From the NCBI GenBank assembly GCA_963751455.1, contig CAVVUN010000007.1, positions 1 to 35,886 on the forward strand: DNA of 35,886 nt, given 5' to 3'. The notes beneath the pieces are model-generated. The model did no database searches, was not told where the DNA came from, and worked only from the letters and a program-made list of their open reading frames with translations. A program made the position numbers and the translations under genes. This document shows, in pieces, positions 7,943 to 16,942 of this stretch. The DNA comes from Nitrospirota bacterium (lineage in GTDB: Bacteria; Nitrospirota; UBA9217). How positions within the stretch are numbered: position 1 is the first letter of the stretch; every line of letters begins with the position of its first letter.

Positions 7943-10900
7943 TTTTTTTATGTTTCGTTTTGACATTTTTCTTTTCGATCTTACGCGTTTTCTGCTCCGT
8001 GGAAGGAAGTGTGACAGGCTTGAACAACTGCCAGGCCTGAATCGTGCCTGTTATGTCGGCCTTGCCCTTGGTTGACCATTCGCTGTATTTATCTGCGCCG
8101 TATTGCCATGCCCGGTTAAAAGATTGTCCGACCATCGTCATTTCGACGGGCACCCAAGCCGTTTCCCCGAACGGTATCAACAACTCCGGGGAAAAGCCGA
8201 GTTTCTTTCTTTCCGTCCATCTCACACCCGTATTGAACATGACAAACACATGCCCCGGGACATCGATAAATGCGGTATTGATGCCGACATTCTCGAGCGA
8301 TGCGGCAAACAGAATCGAGAGATCGTCGCAATCTCCGCTTTTTCTGAACAATGTATCACGCGGATACTGCAGATAGTCCACCCCTCTTTTTTCGGAAAAT
8401 TTCTCGAAGGGTCTGGACGGATCGACAATATTCTTGACTCCAAGCTTGCCGAGCGCGTCAAATATCGCACGGGCATATACTATGGATTGTTTAATATTGG
8501 CTTTTGCGTTCACATACGGCCGGATTGAGTCCGTGGTGAAGTCGGCCACAGGGGGATCCTTCGGGGTTACGAACGCCCCGATCCTCTCCTTCTGGTCCCA
8601 TACCACGGCATGCCGTTCATAGAGCATCAGGGGGAAGCTGCTTTTAATCGTGTTCGGCTCGCCTCCGGAATAGAAAGTAAGCGCGATCTCGCTTTGCAGC
8701 GGGGTGTTTTCCGTGACGCCGAGGATTTTGTTGTTGAATACCGGCTTGAGAGCGATTTCCACCTTTTGCTTCGGCAGCACCTGTTCAATATCGGCTTCGG
8801 TAGGAAAATCCATGAAATCCTTGATTGAGAAAACGACCTTGACCTTCTTGAATGAAATATCCGTATTATTCGTTATGATCACCCTGCCCGCCGGGTGAGA
8901 CTCGTAATATTTATACGCTGAAGAAAATATCTCATCGATCTCCACCTTTGTGACTTCAAGCGGCGGGAGAGTCGCGGACGGCCTGGGAGTCGCAGCAAAG
9001 ACAGGCTCCCCCGGCGAGCTTTCGTCGCCTTCCTTGCTCACTGCCGTCACACGGTAATGATAGACGGTGCCGTCGTCTAGCCCGGTATCCACGAACTCGT
9101 TCTTATCCACTGTTGCGGCGAAATCGAAACCGCGCGAAGGCTCATAGGTGCGATACACGTTGTATTGGTTTACATATGGCTCCGGGTTGGGCGGCCATGA
9201 AAGCTTCATTTGTTTTTCTACTGCTTCGATCCTGACCCTCCCCGGTGACGTCGGCATAAGCTTCGGGGTAATTGCAGCTACGGCGCTTGAGGCCATGCTT
9301 TCATATCCTTCTTTCGCCTTGCTGCTGATACGATAATAAAACGTGCGCCTGCTCGGCAGCTCTTTATCAATGAAGACGGGTTCCCTCTGTTTCTTGACCA
9401 GCTTGAACGGACCGGCCTCGGTTTCTCCCCGGTAAATATTGTACTCCTCTAAATAGCTCTCCCGGCCACCCCTCCAGCGCACGTGCACCTCGTTGGTCCT
9501 CGACCTGGCGGTGACCTCGGTCGGCACAGAGGGCGTCTGATGAAGTGAAAAGACCTGCACCCTCCCATTGCCGCGATCTCCTACATAGAGACGATAATTT
9601 TTTTCGAGGGTAAGACCGTGGGGCGACTTGAATTGCCCGGGTCCCGCACCCTCGCTGCCGAATTTGTGGCGGAAACGTCCATCCATGTCGAAAACCTGCA
9701 CCCGTGCGTTTCCTGCGTCAAGCACATACAGTTCTCCATCCGGTGACAGGACGATGCTGTCAGGAGCATTGAACTCTCCATCCCGACTGCCTGATTTTTT
9801 GATCTCCCAGATACGCGAACCGCCCGCATTATATTTGGCTATGCTGTCGTTTCCGCGATCTACCGCATACATGCAATCCTTTCCGTCCACTTCGATGTCG
9901 GCCAGATCATCGAACTTGATAGTGCCGGATTTCCCGAACAAGCTTACGAACATCCCGTTTGCAGTGAATATCTGCACCCGATTGTTTCCTGTGTCAGCCA
10001 CATAAACGTTCCCGCTCGCACTCACAGCGACACCCGCGGGCGAGTCGAACTCGGCATCATCCGATCCTGATTTCCCTACTACCAGGAGAAGATTGCCGTC
10101 AACACCGAATTTCTGCAGGCGGTCGTTGCCGGTATCCGCTATCCAGAAGTTGCCGGACCAGTCAAAAGCCAGATCGAGCGGATTTTTAAGCTTGCCAGGA
10201 TCGCTTCCGCGCGATGCAATCGATCTGCCCCCTGAAGCGCCGACTGCCAGAAGCTGATCGTTGGCAAGCGCCCACAGCTGCTTGTCGAAGGCGAGGCCGT
10301 CTACGACCGTTCGTATCTCTTTCTCGAATGAAACGGTAGCAGGCGGAGACGCGGCGAGGGGTCTGTCTTTTCCTTCAGCGTCTCCATCGTATTCGCATGA
10401 AAAGATCTGCAGCGAGTTTCGTTCGGCATCGAGTATGAAGAGATTGTTTTTATAAATGGCCATTCCGAGCATCTGCTTAAACTGGCCGGGGCCGTCCCCT
10501 CGCGAACCTTGAGATGTCAGGAGCTGCCCCTGGTGATTGAATTTTTTCACTTTATAATTTCCGGTATCGGCAATGTAAATGTTCCCGAAACTGTCGACTG
10601 TCATTCCCTGCGGAGAATCTAACTTCTCTGCTCCTTTGCCCGACTTCCCGAACGCAAGCAGCTGAGCGCCGTTCAGGTCGAATACCCTGACACTATCGTC
10701 ATCGGTGTCAAGAGCGTATATCTTATTCTGGCCGTCAACGATAACGGCTACCGGGGTCTTCATTGCGTCGTGCTGATCCCCTGGCGTAATCGTTCGAATA
10801 AAGATGCCATCAGTCGTCAGCACCTGAATTCTGCTATTCCCCGAATCCGCCACATATATCAATCCGTTCCGCACGGCTATACCGGACGGGCTGCTGAACT

Positions 10901-11309
10901 CAAGATCACCGCTTCCTTTTTCGCCTATGCTTCTGAAAAACGTTCCCGATGCCCTGAAAACCTGTACGCGATGGTTATCAGTATCTGCGACATATATCCT
11001 GCCGTTTTCGTCTAGGGCAATACCGGAGGGCGACTTGAATTGACCGAAATCCGTGCCTTTCGACCCCCACGTCCTCAGCTCCTTTCCGGTGTGGTCAAGG
11101 ACAAGCACCCGGTGAGCATCGGTGTCAGCGATGAATATCTGAGTCATCCCCATAGCAATCGCCCTTGGAGAATGAAGCCTCTTTTGGCCGGCTTCTTTCC
11201 TCGGATCGCTGATTTCACGGATGAATTCGATCTGATTCGAGAATGCATTTGAGGCCAGGAAGACAGCGCACAAAGAGGCTCCCAAAAAAAAGAGGTTAAC
11301 GCGCTTCAT
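7923..11309 (-). CDS. Large secreted protein with two NHL beta-propellers, two fibronectin type III domains and a transglutaminase-like domain
   Basis: Many F..P.GIA.D..G.IYVADT.N.RVQVF repeats, FN3 W...Y.IYR...YYRI patterns, and GDCDD...GHVF...VPVE motifs. GGGAGG RBS favours ATG 11309. Confidence 0.88.
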   Translation of the reverse strand: MKRVNLFFLGASLCAVFLASNAFSNQIEFIREISDPRKEAGQKRLHSPRAIAMGMTQIFIADTDAHRVLVLDHTGKELRTWGSKGTDFGQFKSPSGIALDENGRIYVADTDNHRVQVFRASGTFFRSIGEKGSGDLEFSSPSGIAVRNGLIYVADSGNSRIQVLTTDGIFIRTITPGDQHDAMKTPVAVIVDGQNKIYALDTDDDSVRVFDLNGAQLLAFGKSGKGAEKLDSPQGMTVDSFGNIYIADTGNYKVKKFNHQGQLLTSQGSRGDGPGQFKQMLGMAIYKNNLFILDAERNSLQIFSCEYDGDAEGKDRPLAASPPATVSFEKEIRTVVDGLAFDKQLWALANDQLLAVGASGGRSIASRGSDPGKLKNPLDLAFDWSGNFWIADTGNDRLQKFGVDGNLLLVVGKSGSDDAEFDSPAGVAVSASGNVYVADTGNNRVQIFTANGMFVSLFGKSGTIKFDDLADIEVDGKDCMYAVDRGNDSIAKYNAGGSRIWEIKKSGSRDGEFNAPDSIVLSPDGELYVLDAGNARVQVFDMDGRFRHKFGSEGAGPGQFKSPHGLTLEKNYRLYVGDRGNGRVQVFSLHQTPSVPTEVTARSRTNEVHVRWRGGRESYLEEYNIYRGETEAGPFKLVKKQREPVFIDKELPSRRTFYYRISSKAKEGYESMASSAVAAITPKLMPTSPGRVRIEAVEKQMKLSWPPNPEPYVNQYNVYRTYEPSRGFDFAATVDKNEFVDTGLDDGTVYHYRVTAVSKEGDESSPGEPVFAATPRPSATLPPLEVTKVEIDEIFSSAYKYYESHPAGRVIITNNTDISFKKVKVVFSIKDFMDFPTEADIEQVLPKQKVEIALKPVFNNKILGVTENTPLQSEIALTFYSGGEPNTIKSSFPLMLYERHAVVWDQKERIGAFVTPKDPPVADFTTDSIRPYVNAKANIKQSIVYARAIFDALGKLGVKNIVDPSRPFEKFSEKRGVDYLQYPRDTLFRKSGDCDDLSILFAASLENVGINTAFIDVPGHVFVMFNTGVRWTERKKLGFSPELLIPFGETAWVPVEMTMVGQSFNRAWQYGADKYSEWSTKGKADITGTIQAWQLFKPVTLPSTEQKTRKIEKKNVKTKHKKSRLGIS

Positions 11310-11440
11310 AAAAAACCTCCCGGTCAACTCTAAAGGAATAAGGACAGTTTAAGTTCCCCTGCAACTTTGGAATTATATCATAGATAAAATAGGATTAACA
11401 AGAAAGATAAGGATATTGACAATGTCCGCAAACAATTCGA

Positions 11441-12649
11441 TTATTCGTACCGGAGCGCCTGGATTGGGTCCTGGAGTGCTGCCTTGCGCGCCGGATACAC
11501 GCCGAAGAATACGCCGACTGCGGCTGAAAAGGAAAATGCCATTGCAATCGACCAGACTGAAACACTCGTTGGCAGAACATCGATGAAGAGAGGGATTATC
11601 AGCGCGATGCCGACGCCTATTATGATGCCTATGATTCCGCCGGCGCCTGAAAGCGTCATCGCCTCTATCATGAACTGTGCCATAATATCGCGGTTGCGGG
11701 CACCGAGAGCTTTACGGATCCCGATCTCGCGGGTGCGCTCACGCACCGAAACGAGCATGATATTCATGATGCCGATGCCTCCTACCAGAAGCGATATGCC
11801 GGCGATGCCCCCCAATACCGCCGTAAGCACGCCCAGGATCGTATTCATGGTCGAAAGAATCGCTCCCTGTGTCTGGATCGTAAAATCCTCCTTGTGCGCA
11901 TGGCGCTTCATGAGAACGTCCTTGATCTGCGCCACTGCACGGTCGGTGTCTTCGGAACGCGGCGTGGATGCTATGATCTCGAAGAGCGCATCCGTGTCAA
12001 AGAGTTCCTGGCCGCTCGTGACCGGTATGTATACAATATCATCAAGGTCCATGCCGAGGCTCATCCCCTTCTTCCGCATCACGCCGACGACCCGGTATCG
12101 GGCGTCAGAGAGCATCACCACCCTGCCGAGAGCGTTCTGGTTGCCGAAGAGTTCCGCTTTGGCCTTTGCTCCGAGCACCACGATCTTGGCCTTGGAATCC
12201 ACATCCGACTGAGAGATAAAATTGCCGGTATCCACGAAAAGGTTCCTGACCCGCTGGAATTCCTGTGTAGCGCCGATAATCATTACATCACGCCCGAGGT
12301 TCTGATATTTTATCTTGCCCGTACCGAACACAAGCGGGACCGCGTCGGTCAGGAGCCAGGCGCGCCTTTTCAGCGCCAGCGCGTCATCGTACGTAAGTTT
12401 GCGGACCGTGCCTGCTGACGGGGGATGAAAGCCGCCGCTGGTGCTCGTCTTTCCCGGGGTAATGATGAGAAGATTCGTGCCGAGTCCCGTAAGCTCTTTG
12501 GTGATGTAAAGCCGCGCTCCTTCGCCGATCGATACCAGCAGAATCACAGCCATTACACCGATGATGACGCCGAGCATGGTTAGCCCTGAGCGAACCTTGT
12601 TTGAAAGGATCGCTTCGAAGGCGACCCTGATTGTTTCGATTAAGTTCAT
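11441..12649 (-). CDS. MacB/FtsX-family ABC transporter permease
   Basis: RSGLTMLGVIIGV, GGIGIMNIMLVSVRERTREIGIRKALGA and PARKAALQDPIQALRYE. Confidence 0.95.
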   Translation of the reverse strand: MNLIETIRVAFEAILSNKVRSGLTMLGVIIGVMAVILLVSIGEGARLYITKELTGLGTNLLIITPGKTSTSGGFHPPSAGTVRKLTYDDALALKRRAWLLTDAVPLVFGTGKIKYQNLGRDVMIIGATQEFQRVRNLFVDTGNFISQSDVDSKAKIVVLGAKAKAELFGNQNALGRVVMLSDARYRVVGVMRKKGMSLGMDLDDIVYIPVTSGQELFDTDALFEIIASTPRSEDTDRAVAQIKDVLMKRHAHKEDFTIQTQGAILSTMNTILGVLTAVLGGIAGISLLVGGIGIMNIMLVSVRERTREIGIRKALGARNRDIMAQFMIEAMTLSGAGGIIGIIIGVGIALIIPLFIDVLPTSVSVWSIAMAFSFSAAVGVFFGVYPARKAALQDPIQALRYE

Positions 12650-12694
12650 TTCATTTAGCCGCGGATTCTACGATTAATATAATAAATCACAGTT

Positions 12695-13369
12695 TTACAC
12701 TGCTTCATCGCCTACTACCTGACCGTCCCGAAGAGTAACTCTCCGCTTGCATCGTGCTGCTACGCTCTGATCATGGGTGACGATGATTATCGTTACACCC
12801 TGATTGTTCAGGTCCGTAAGAATGTTGAGGATGTCGGCGCCGGAGCGGCTATCGAGGTTTCCGGTCGGCTCATCGGCAAGCAGCAGCGGCGGATTGTTTA
12901 CGAGCGCCCGCGCTATGGCTACGCGCTGCTGCTGGCCGCCGGATAGTTCCGTAGGCCTGTGGCCCATTCGTTCGGCAAGGCCTACTTTCTGCAGGAGCGG
13001 CACGGCCCGGGCCTTGCGTTCACGTGCAGGAATACCACTGTAGATAAGCGGGACTTCTACGTTCTTGAGCGCGGTAAAACGTGGAAGCAGATTAAAGGTC
13101 TGAAATACAAATCCTATTTTTCTGTTCCTGAGCGCCGCGAGTTCGTCATCGTTCATGGCGTCTATCGCCCGGTCCTCGAAACTATATTTTCCGGACGTCG
13201 GACGGTCCAGGCACCCGATGATGTTCATCAGTGTGGATTTCCCCGATCCGGAAGGCCCCATGATCGCGATCAATTCCCCTTGCTGAACGGTCAGCGAAAT
13301 GCCGGAGAGAACGGGAAGGATTACTTCTCCCATGCGGTAGGTCTTGGTTATGTTGGAAAGTTCGATCAT
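12695..13369 (-). CDS. MacB/LolD-type ABC transporter ATP-binding protein
   Basis: Walker [34 protein letters not shown] and VTHD. Confidence 0.95.
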   Translation of the reverse strand: MIELSNITKTYRMGEVILPVLSGISLTVQQGELIAIMGPSGSGKSTLMNIIGCLDRPTSGKYSFEDRAIDAMNDDELAALRNRKIGFVFQTFNLLPRFTALKNVEVPLIYSGIPARERKARAVPLLQKVGLAERMGHRPTELSGGQQQRVAIARALVNNPPLLLADEPTGNLDSRSGADILNILTDLNNQGVTIIIVTHDQSVAARCKRRVTLRDGQVVGDEAV

Positions 13370-13494
13370 CAACTATCTACTTTGTCACAAGCCCACTCCT
13401 TGTCATTTCGACCAGAGGGAGAAATCTTGATTTTGACGATCTGGTTAGCTGTGCCAGCAATGGTTACATCCAGTGTTTCTTCGAAATATACTAG

Positions 13495-13702
13495 TGTAGT
13501 GTCTCTTAAATGGACGGTATTATATGATGATTTCTCATCGAAAACTTATCTTCGCATAAATATTTGCTGATGAATTTGTAGGGCGACCCTTTAGGGTTGC
13601 TGCTGTTCCGGCGCTTTCAGCAAGGCTAAAGCCTTGCCCTACAAGTTTGGCTGCGGCCTACTGCCGCGCTATGACAGCACCAGTCGTTTGTGAGACACTA
13701 CA
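13495..13702. mobile_element. 208-bp MITE with CTAG target-site duplication
   Basis: CTAG at 13491-13494 and 13703-13706. TIRs are TGTAGTGTCTCTTAAATG and (reverse complement) TGTAGTGTCTCACAAACG. Excision restores the NKLVYFEE reading frame. Confidence 0.9.
13576..13644. repeat. GTAG-type REP palindrome inside the MITE
   Basis: TTGTAGGGCGACCCTTTAGGGTTGC...GCAAGGCTAAAGCCTTGCCCTACAA. Confidence 0.8.
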
Positions 13703-13991
13703 CTAGTTTATTAATGTTATATCTCTCGGTAAAGCCTTTAACCATTTTGTTTTTATGCTCGCATAATCTCCGTTCGAGATTGTTGGTTACTCCTATATAC
13801 ATTACCTTGTTGTTCCAATTTGTGAGAAGATATACGTAGTAACGATGTCTATCAGTCATAGCTTCTGCATACCTCAATAATTACTTGTCATTTTGACCAA
13901 CAGGAGAAATCGTTTGAACGAATCCTTTCAAGAACAAGATTTCTCACTTCGTTCGAAATGACAAAGTGAGGCTTCAATTTGCAATTCGTAT

Positions 13992-15086
13992 TTATTTACT
14001 TTCTTCTATCTTCACCTTCACCCCATCCTTGAGCCCTGCGGCCTCGGGATTGGTAATGACATACTGGCCGGCCGAAAGGCCTTTTCTGATCTCGGTGAAG
14101 CTCCAGTTCGTTTCTCCGGTCTCAACCGGTTTCAATTTCGCGACGACTGTTGCGCCCGGCCGGACAGTTTTGCCTTCGGCAGTGAACACCTGCTTTTTGC
14201 CCTCGCGCTCTACCACGCACTGCGACGGAACTGAAAGAACGTTGTCCACGGTTGCGATGAGAATTTCGATGTCGGCGGACATTCCCGGCTTTAACCGGAA
14301 ATCTTTTTTTGAAAAGTAGATCCACACGTCCGCAGTCCGTGTCTCGAGCTTGCCCCCGCTCACGATCGGCGATATCCTCCCGATCTTTCCACTAAATTTC
14401 TCTCCGGGAAACGCATCCACAGTGATCCTTACGGGTTGTCCCAGTTTGAGCCTTCCTACATCGACTTCATCGATAGTCGCAAGCACGTAGATCCGATCAG
14501 GATTAACAATGGTGACGATCTGCTTCCCGGGTAGAAGCAACTCTCCGACTTCGCAATATTTCTTTGCGATAACGCCGCTGAAGGGCGCGCGAATGACCGA
14601 ATAATCCCGCTTCACGCCCGCGTCACTCTGCGCGGCCTGGTACTGCGATTTGGCAACTTCATATGCCCTGCGGGCCGCATCAAGGTCCTGCTGTGCAAGC
14701 ATGCCTTTTTCAAACAGGCCTTCGATCCGTTTAAGGTTTTTTTCAGATTCTTCATGCGTCGCCCTGCTCTGAGAAAGAACGTTTTCGCTTTGTACGGATT
14801 CTTCGGTCAGGTCGAGCCGCGCAATGAGTGCGCCTGCTTTGACGATATCGCCTTCCTTCACCGGAAGCATGGTTATCCTGCCGGTCCGCTGCGCTGAGAG
14901 GGTTACTTCGGTCTCTGATTTCACGGTAGATGTGGTCGTAGCGTTCACAACCACCCGCAGTTCGCCAGGCTTCAATTCAGCAACATTTACGGAAACCGGC
15001 TTTTTGCGGGCCAGGAGAGCGACTGCGGCGACAATGACGATGATGGGAATGATCCAGAGAAGCTTTTTTTTCGTAACGAATGCCAT
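13992..15086 (-). CDS. MacA-like periplasmic adaptor (membrane fusion protein)
   Basis: N-terminal TM anchor, GRITMLPVKEGDIVKAG, IRAPFSGVI, IDEVDVGRLKLGQ and LKPGMSA. Confidence 0.93.
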   Translation of the reverse strand: MAFVTKKKLLWIIPIIVIVAAVALLARKKPVSVNVAELKPGELRVVVNATTTSTVKSETEVTLSAQRTGRITMLPVKEGDIVKAGALIARLDLTEESVQSENVLSQSRATHEESEKNLKRIEGLFEKGMLAQQDLDAARRAYEVAKSQYQAAQSDAGVKRDYSVIRAPFSGVIAKKYCEVGELLLPGKQIVTIVNPDRIYVLATIDEVDVGRLKLGQPVRITVDAFPGEKFSGKIGRISPIVSGGKLETRTADVWIYFSKKDFRLKPGMSADIEILIATVDNVLSVPSQCVVEREGKKQVFTAEGKTVRPGATVVAKLKPVETGETNWSFTEIRKGLSAGQYVITNPEAAGLKDGVKVKIEESK

Positions 15087-15098
15087 TTCGGTTCTACC

Positions 15099-15548
15099 TT
15101 ATCCGTCTTTTTCCGCGCTCGTTTCCAGCCGCTCTTTGATGTTTTTCATGAACCCCCGAGCCACCTCCCCGAGTTTTTCCGCGACTACGATGTCCTGGAT
15201 AAAACTGAACCGTCCCGTTACATGTCCCTCGATGCGATAGCATATTTCCGTTTCTTCTTCGGATAGTTTGCTCAGGGCGACAGACCCGGAAGCCTTGATG
15301 TTCTCTCCATACGCGACCCAGGACAGTTTTTCCATTTCGACCATGTCGTTCGTGTGCGTCTTCATCTCCAGGGTGCGCGCGAACGGTCCGAGCGAGAACC
15401 TGACGGTCCAGACCGAGTCGAGATCATCGATGATCTTAACGCTCATGCATCCGGGGAAAAGACAGCCTACTTCGCGGCGGTCTTTCATAAAAGACCAGAC
15501 GTACTCGATCGGCAACTTCACGCTGAAAATCAGTTCCTTGGACGGCAC
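15099..15548 (-). CDS. CoxG/SRPBCC (START-like) ligand-binding protein
   Basis: PIEYVWSFMKD...GCLFPGC pattern of CoxG-like proteins. GGAGG RBS and GTG start. Confidence 0.8.
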   Translation of the reverse strand: MPSKELIFSVKLPIEYVWSFMKDRREVGCLFPGCMSVKIIDDLDSVWTVRFSLGPFARTLEMKTHTNDMVEMEKLSWVAYGENIKASGSVALSKLSEEETEICYRIEGHVTGRFSFIQDIVVAEKLGEVARGFMKNIKERLETSAEKDG

Positions 15549-15571
15549 AATTACCCTCCTCTGTTAATATC

Positions 15572-16876
15572 TTATTCCGCTCTACCCGTTGCCTTTAACA
15601 ATCTGGCAACGCTCAACTGGTAGTCGTACTGGGCCTGAATATGGTCGGTCTCTGCCTGGACTGCTGCCAGCTGCGCATCGGTCACTTCTATATAAGGGCC
15701 GATACCTGCCTGATAGCGCCCCTGGGCCAGTTCCAGGTTTTCCCTTGCTTTTTGAACAGAACTGTTCATAACGTCGATGCGAACCTTTGCGCTTTCCATA
15801 TCCGCAAAGGACTGGTTGACTTCGAGAAGTATGGATTGCCTTGTTGTGTCCAGTTGCGCCTCAAGGACCATCAGATTGCCGCGCGCCTCTGCTATACGGC
15901 CTCTCGTCAAACCTCCCTGGAACAGGGGCACGGTCAGGATAATCCCGGCATTCCAGCTGTCGTCTATGTCACCTTCCAACTGACGCCCCTCAAACTGTCC
16001 CATATCAGACTGTCCCGTCGCCCAGTTATAGGCGCCGTTTGCAGACACGGTTGGCAAATAATTTGATTGCTCAGCGGCTACTCTTGCTCTGGCAGCCTCG
16101 ATATCCGTCTCTGCCTTCAACAACTCCGGCCGGTTTTTGATCGCTTCCGCCTGGGCTGTTTCGAGTGAAGGCATCGTCGGATTTGACGGCAGCGAATCTT
16201 CTATCTCCGTCGTTTTCCCGGGATCGATTCCCATGGAATTGTTCAGTGCTATGGTCCGGATCCGTACGTTATTTTTCGCGTTGATCAATGCGAGACGTGC
16301 ATTATTTACTTCCACCTCGGTACGCGTTACATCGAATCGGGGTTTTGAACCGGCGTTGAAAAATGCCTGCGCCTGCCTGAGATGGCTTTCGGCCTGCTCC
16401 ACTCTTTTTTGCTCCACAAGCACCAGTTTTCCGGCCGCCAGGAGCGCATAATAAGCCTGCTTGACGTTCAGTATCACGTCCTGGACCGTGCGTTCAAGAT
16501 CCCTTTCCGACGATTGCTTTCCCCACCGAGCAGCATCCACGTTGTTTCCCGTCTTTCCAAAATCATAGAGAAGTTGGTTGACCTGGAGGGTCGTGGTGTA
16601 GCTTTTCGTGATGCTCTCGCCGAAAGCTCCGCCTGAAGAGTGGTTCTCGCTGTAACCCGTGCTTCCCGTCAGCTGCGGGAAATAGGAAGAGGTCGCCTGC
16701 AGTTCGCGGCCTGAAGCTGCTCTTAAATTCCCGCGGGCCGCCTTGAGCGCAGGCTGGTTCTTAAGCGCCGTTTCTATGCATTCATGCAGGCCAAGCTTTG
16801 TATCTGCTGAGACCTGCTGAACCGCGGAAATCAACAGAACCATTATAACGGCTAACGATCGCAAAAAGCACCTCAC
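15572..16876 (-). CDS. TolC-family outer-membrane efflux protein
   Basis: Signal peptide and two OEP repeats (QLLYDFGK; VPLFQGG; ENLELAQGRYQAG). Confidence 0.93.
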   Translation of the reverse strand: MRCFLRSLAVIMVLLISAVQQVSADTKLGLHECIETALKNQPALKAARGNLRAASGRELQATSSYFPQLTGSTGYSENHSSGGAFGESITKSYTTTLQVNQLLYDFGKTGNNVDAARWGKQSSERDLERTVQDVILNVKQAYYALLAAGKLVLVEQKRVEQAESHLRQAQAFFNAGSKPRFDVTRTEVEVNNARLALINAKNNVRIRTIALNNSMGIDPGKTTEIEDSLPSNPTMPSLETAQAEAIKNRPELLKAETDIEAARARVAAEQSNYLPTVSANGAYNWATGQSDMGQFEGRQLEGDIDDSWNAGIILTVPLFQGGLTRGRIAEARGNLMVLEAQLDTTRQSILLEVNQSFADMESAKVRIDVMNSSVQKARENLELAQGRYQAGIGPYIEVTDAQLAAVQAETDHIQAQYDYQLSVARLLKATGRAE

Positions 16877-16942
16877 CGGGGTATTATATCACACTGCCTG
16901 TTGCTGCTTGCAATTTGTCATGGGCTATTGTATAAGGGTTTT

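Larger units (their letters stand above)
13450..13859 (-). pseudogene. GIY-YIG nuclease (UPF0213/YhbQ-like) pseudogene, interrupted and C-terminally deleted
   Basis: From ATG 13859 it reads MTDRHRYYVYLLTNWNNKVMYIGVTNNLERRLCEHKNKMVKGFTERYNINKLV, then stops inside the insert. It resumes YFEETLDVTIA beyond the insert. Not in the ORF track. Confidence 0.9.
13400..13964. mobile_element. GTCAT-type palindromic-repeat-bounded cassette carrying a GIY-YIG gene remnant
   Basis: The outer ends TTGTCATTTCGA (13400) and TCGAAATGACAA (to 13964) are perfect 12-bp inverted repeats. There is a half repeat at 13400-13427 and a full palindrome at 13885-13964. The cassette separates the adaptor and ATPase genes of one operon. 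Confidence 0.7.
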
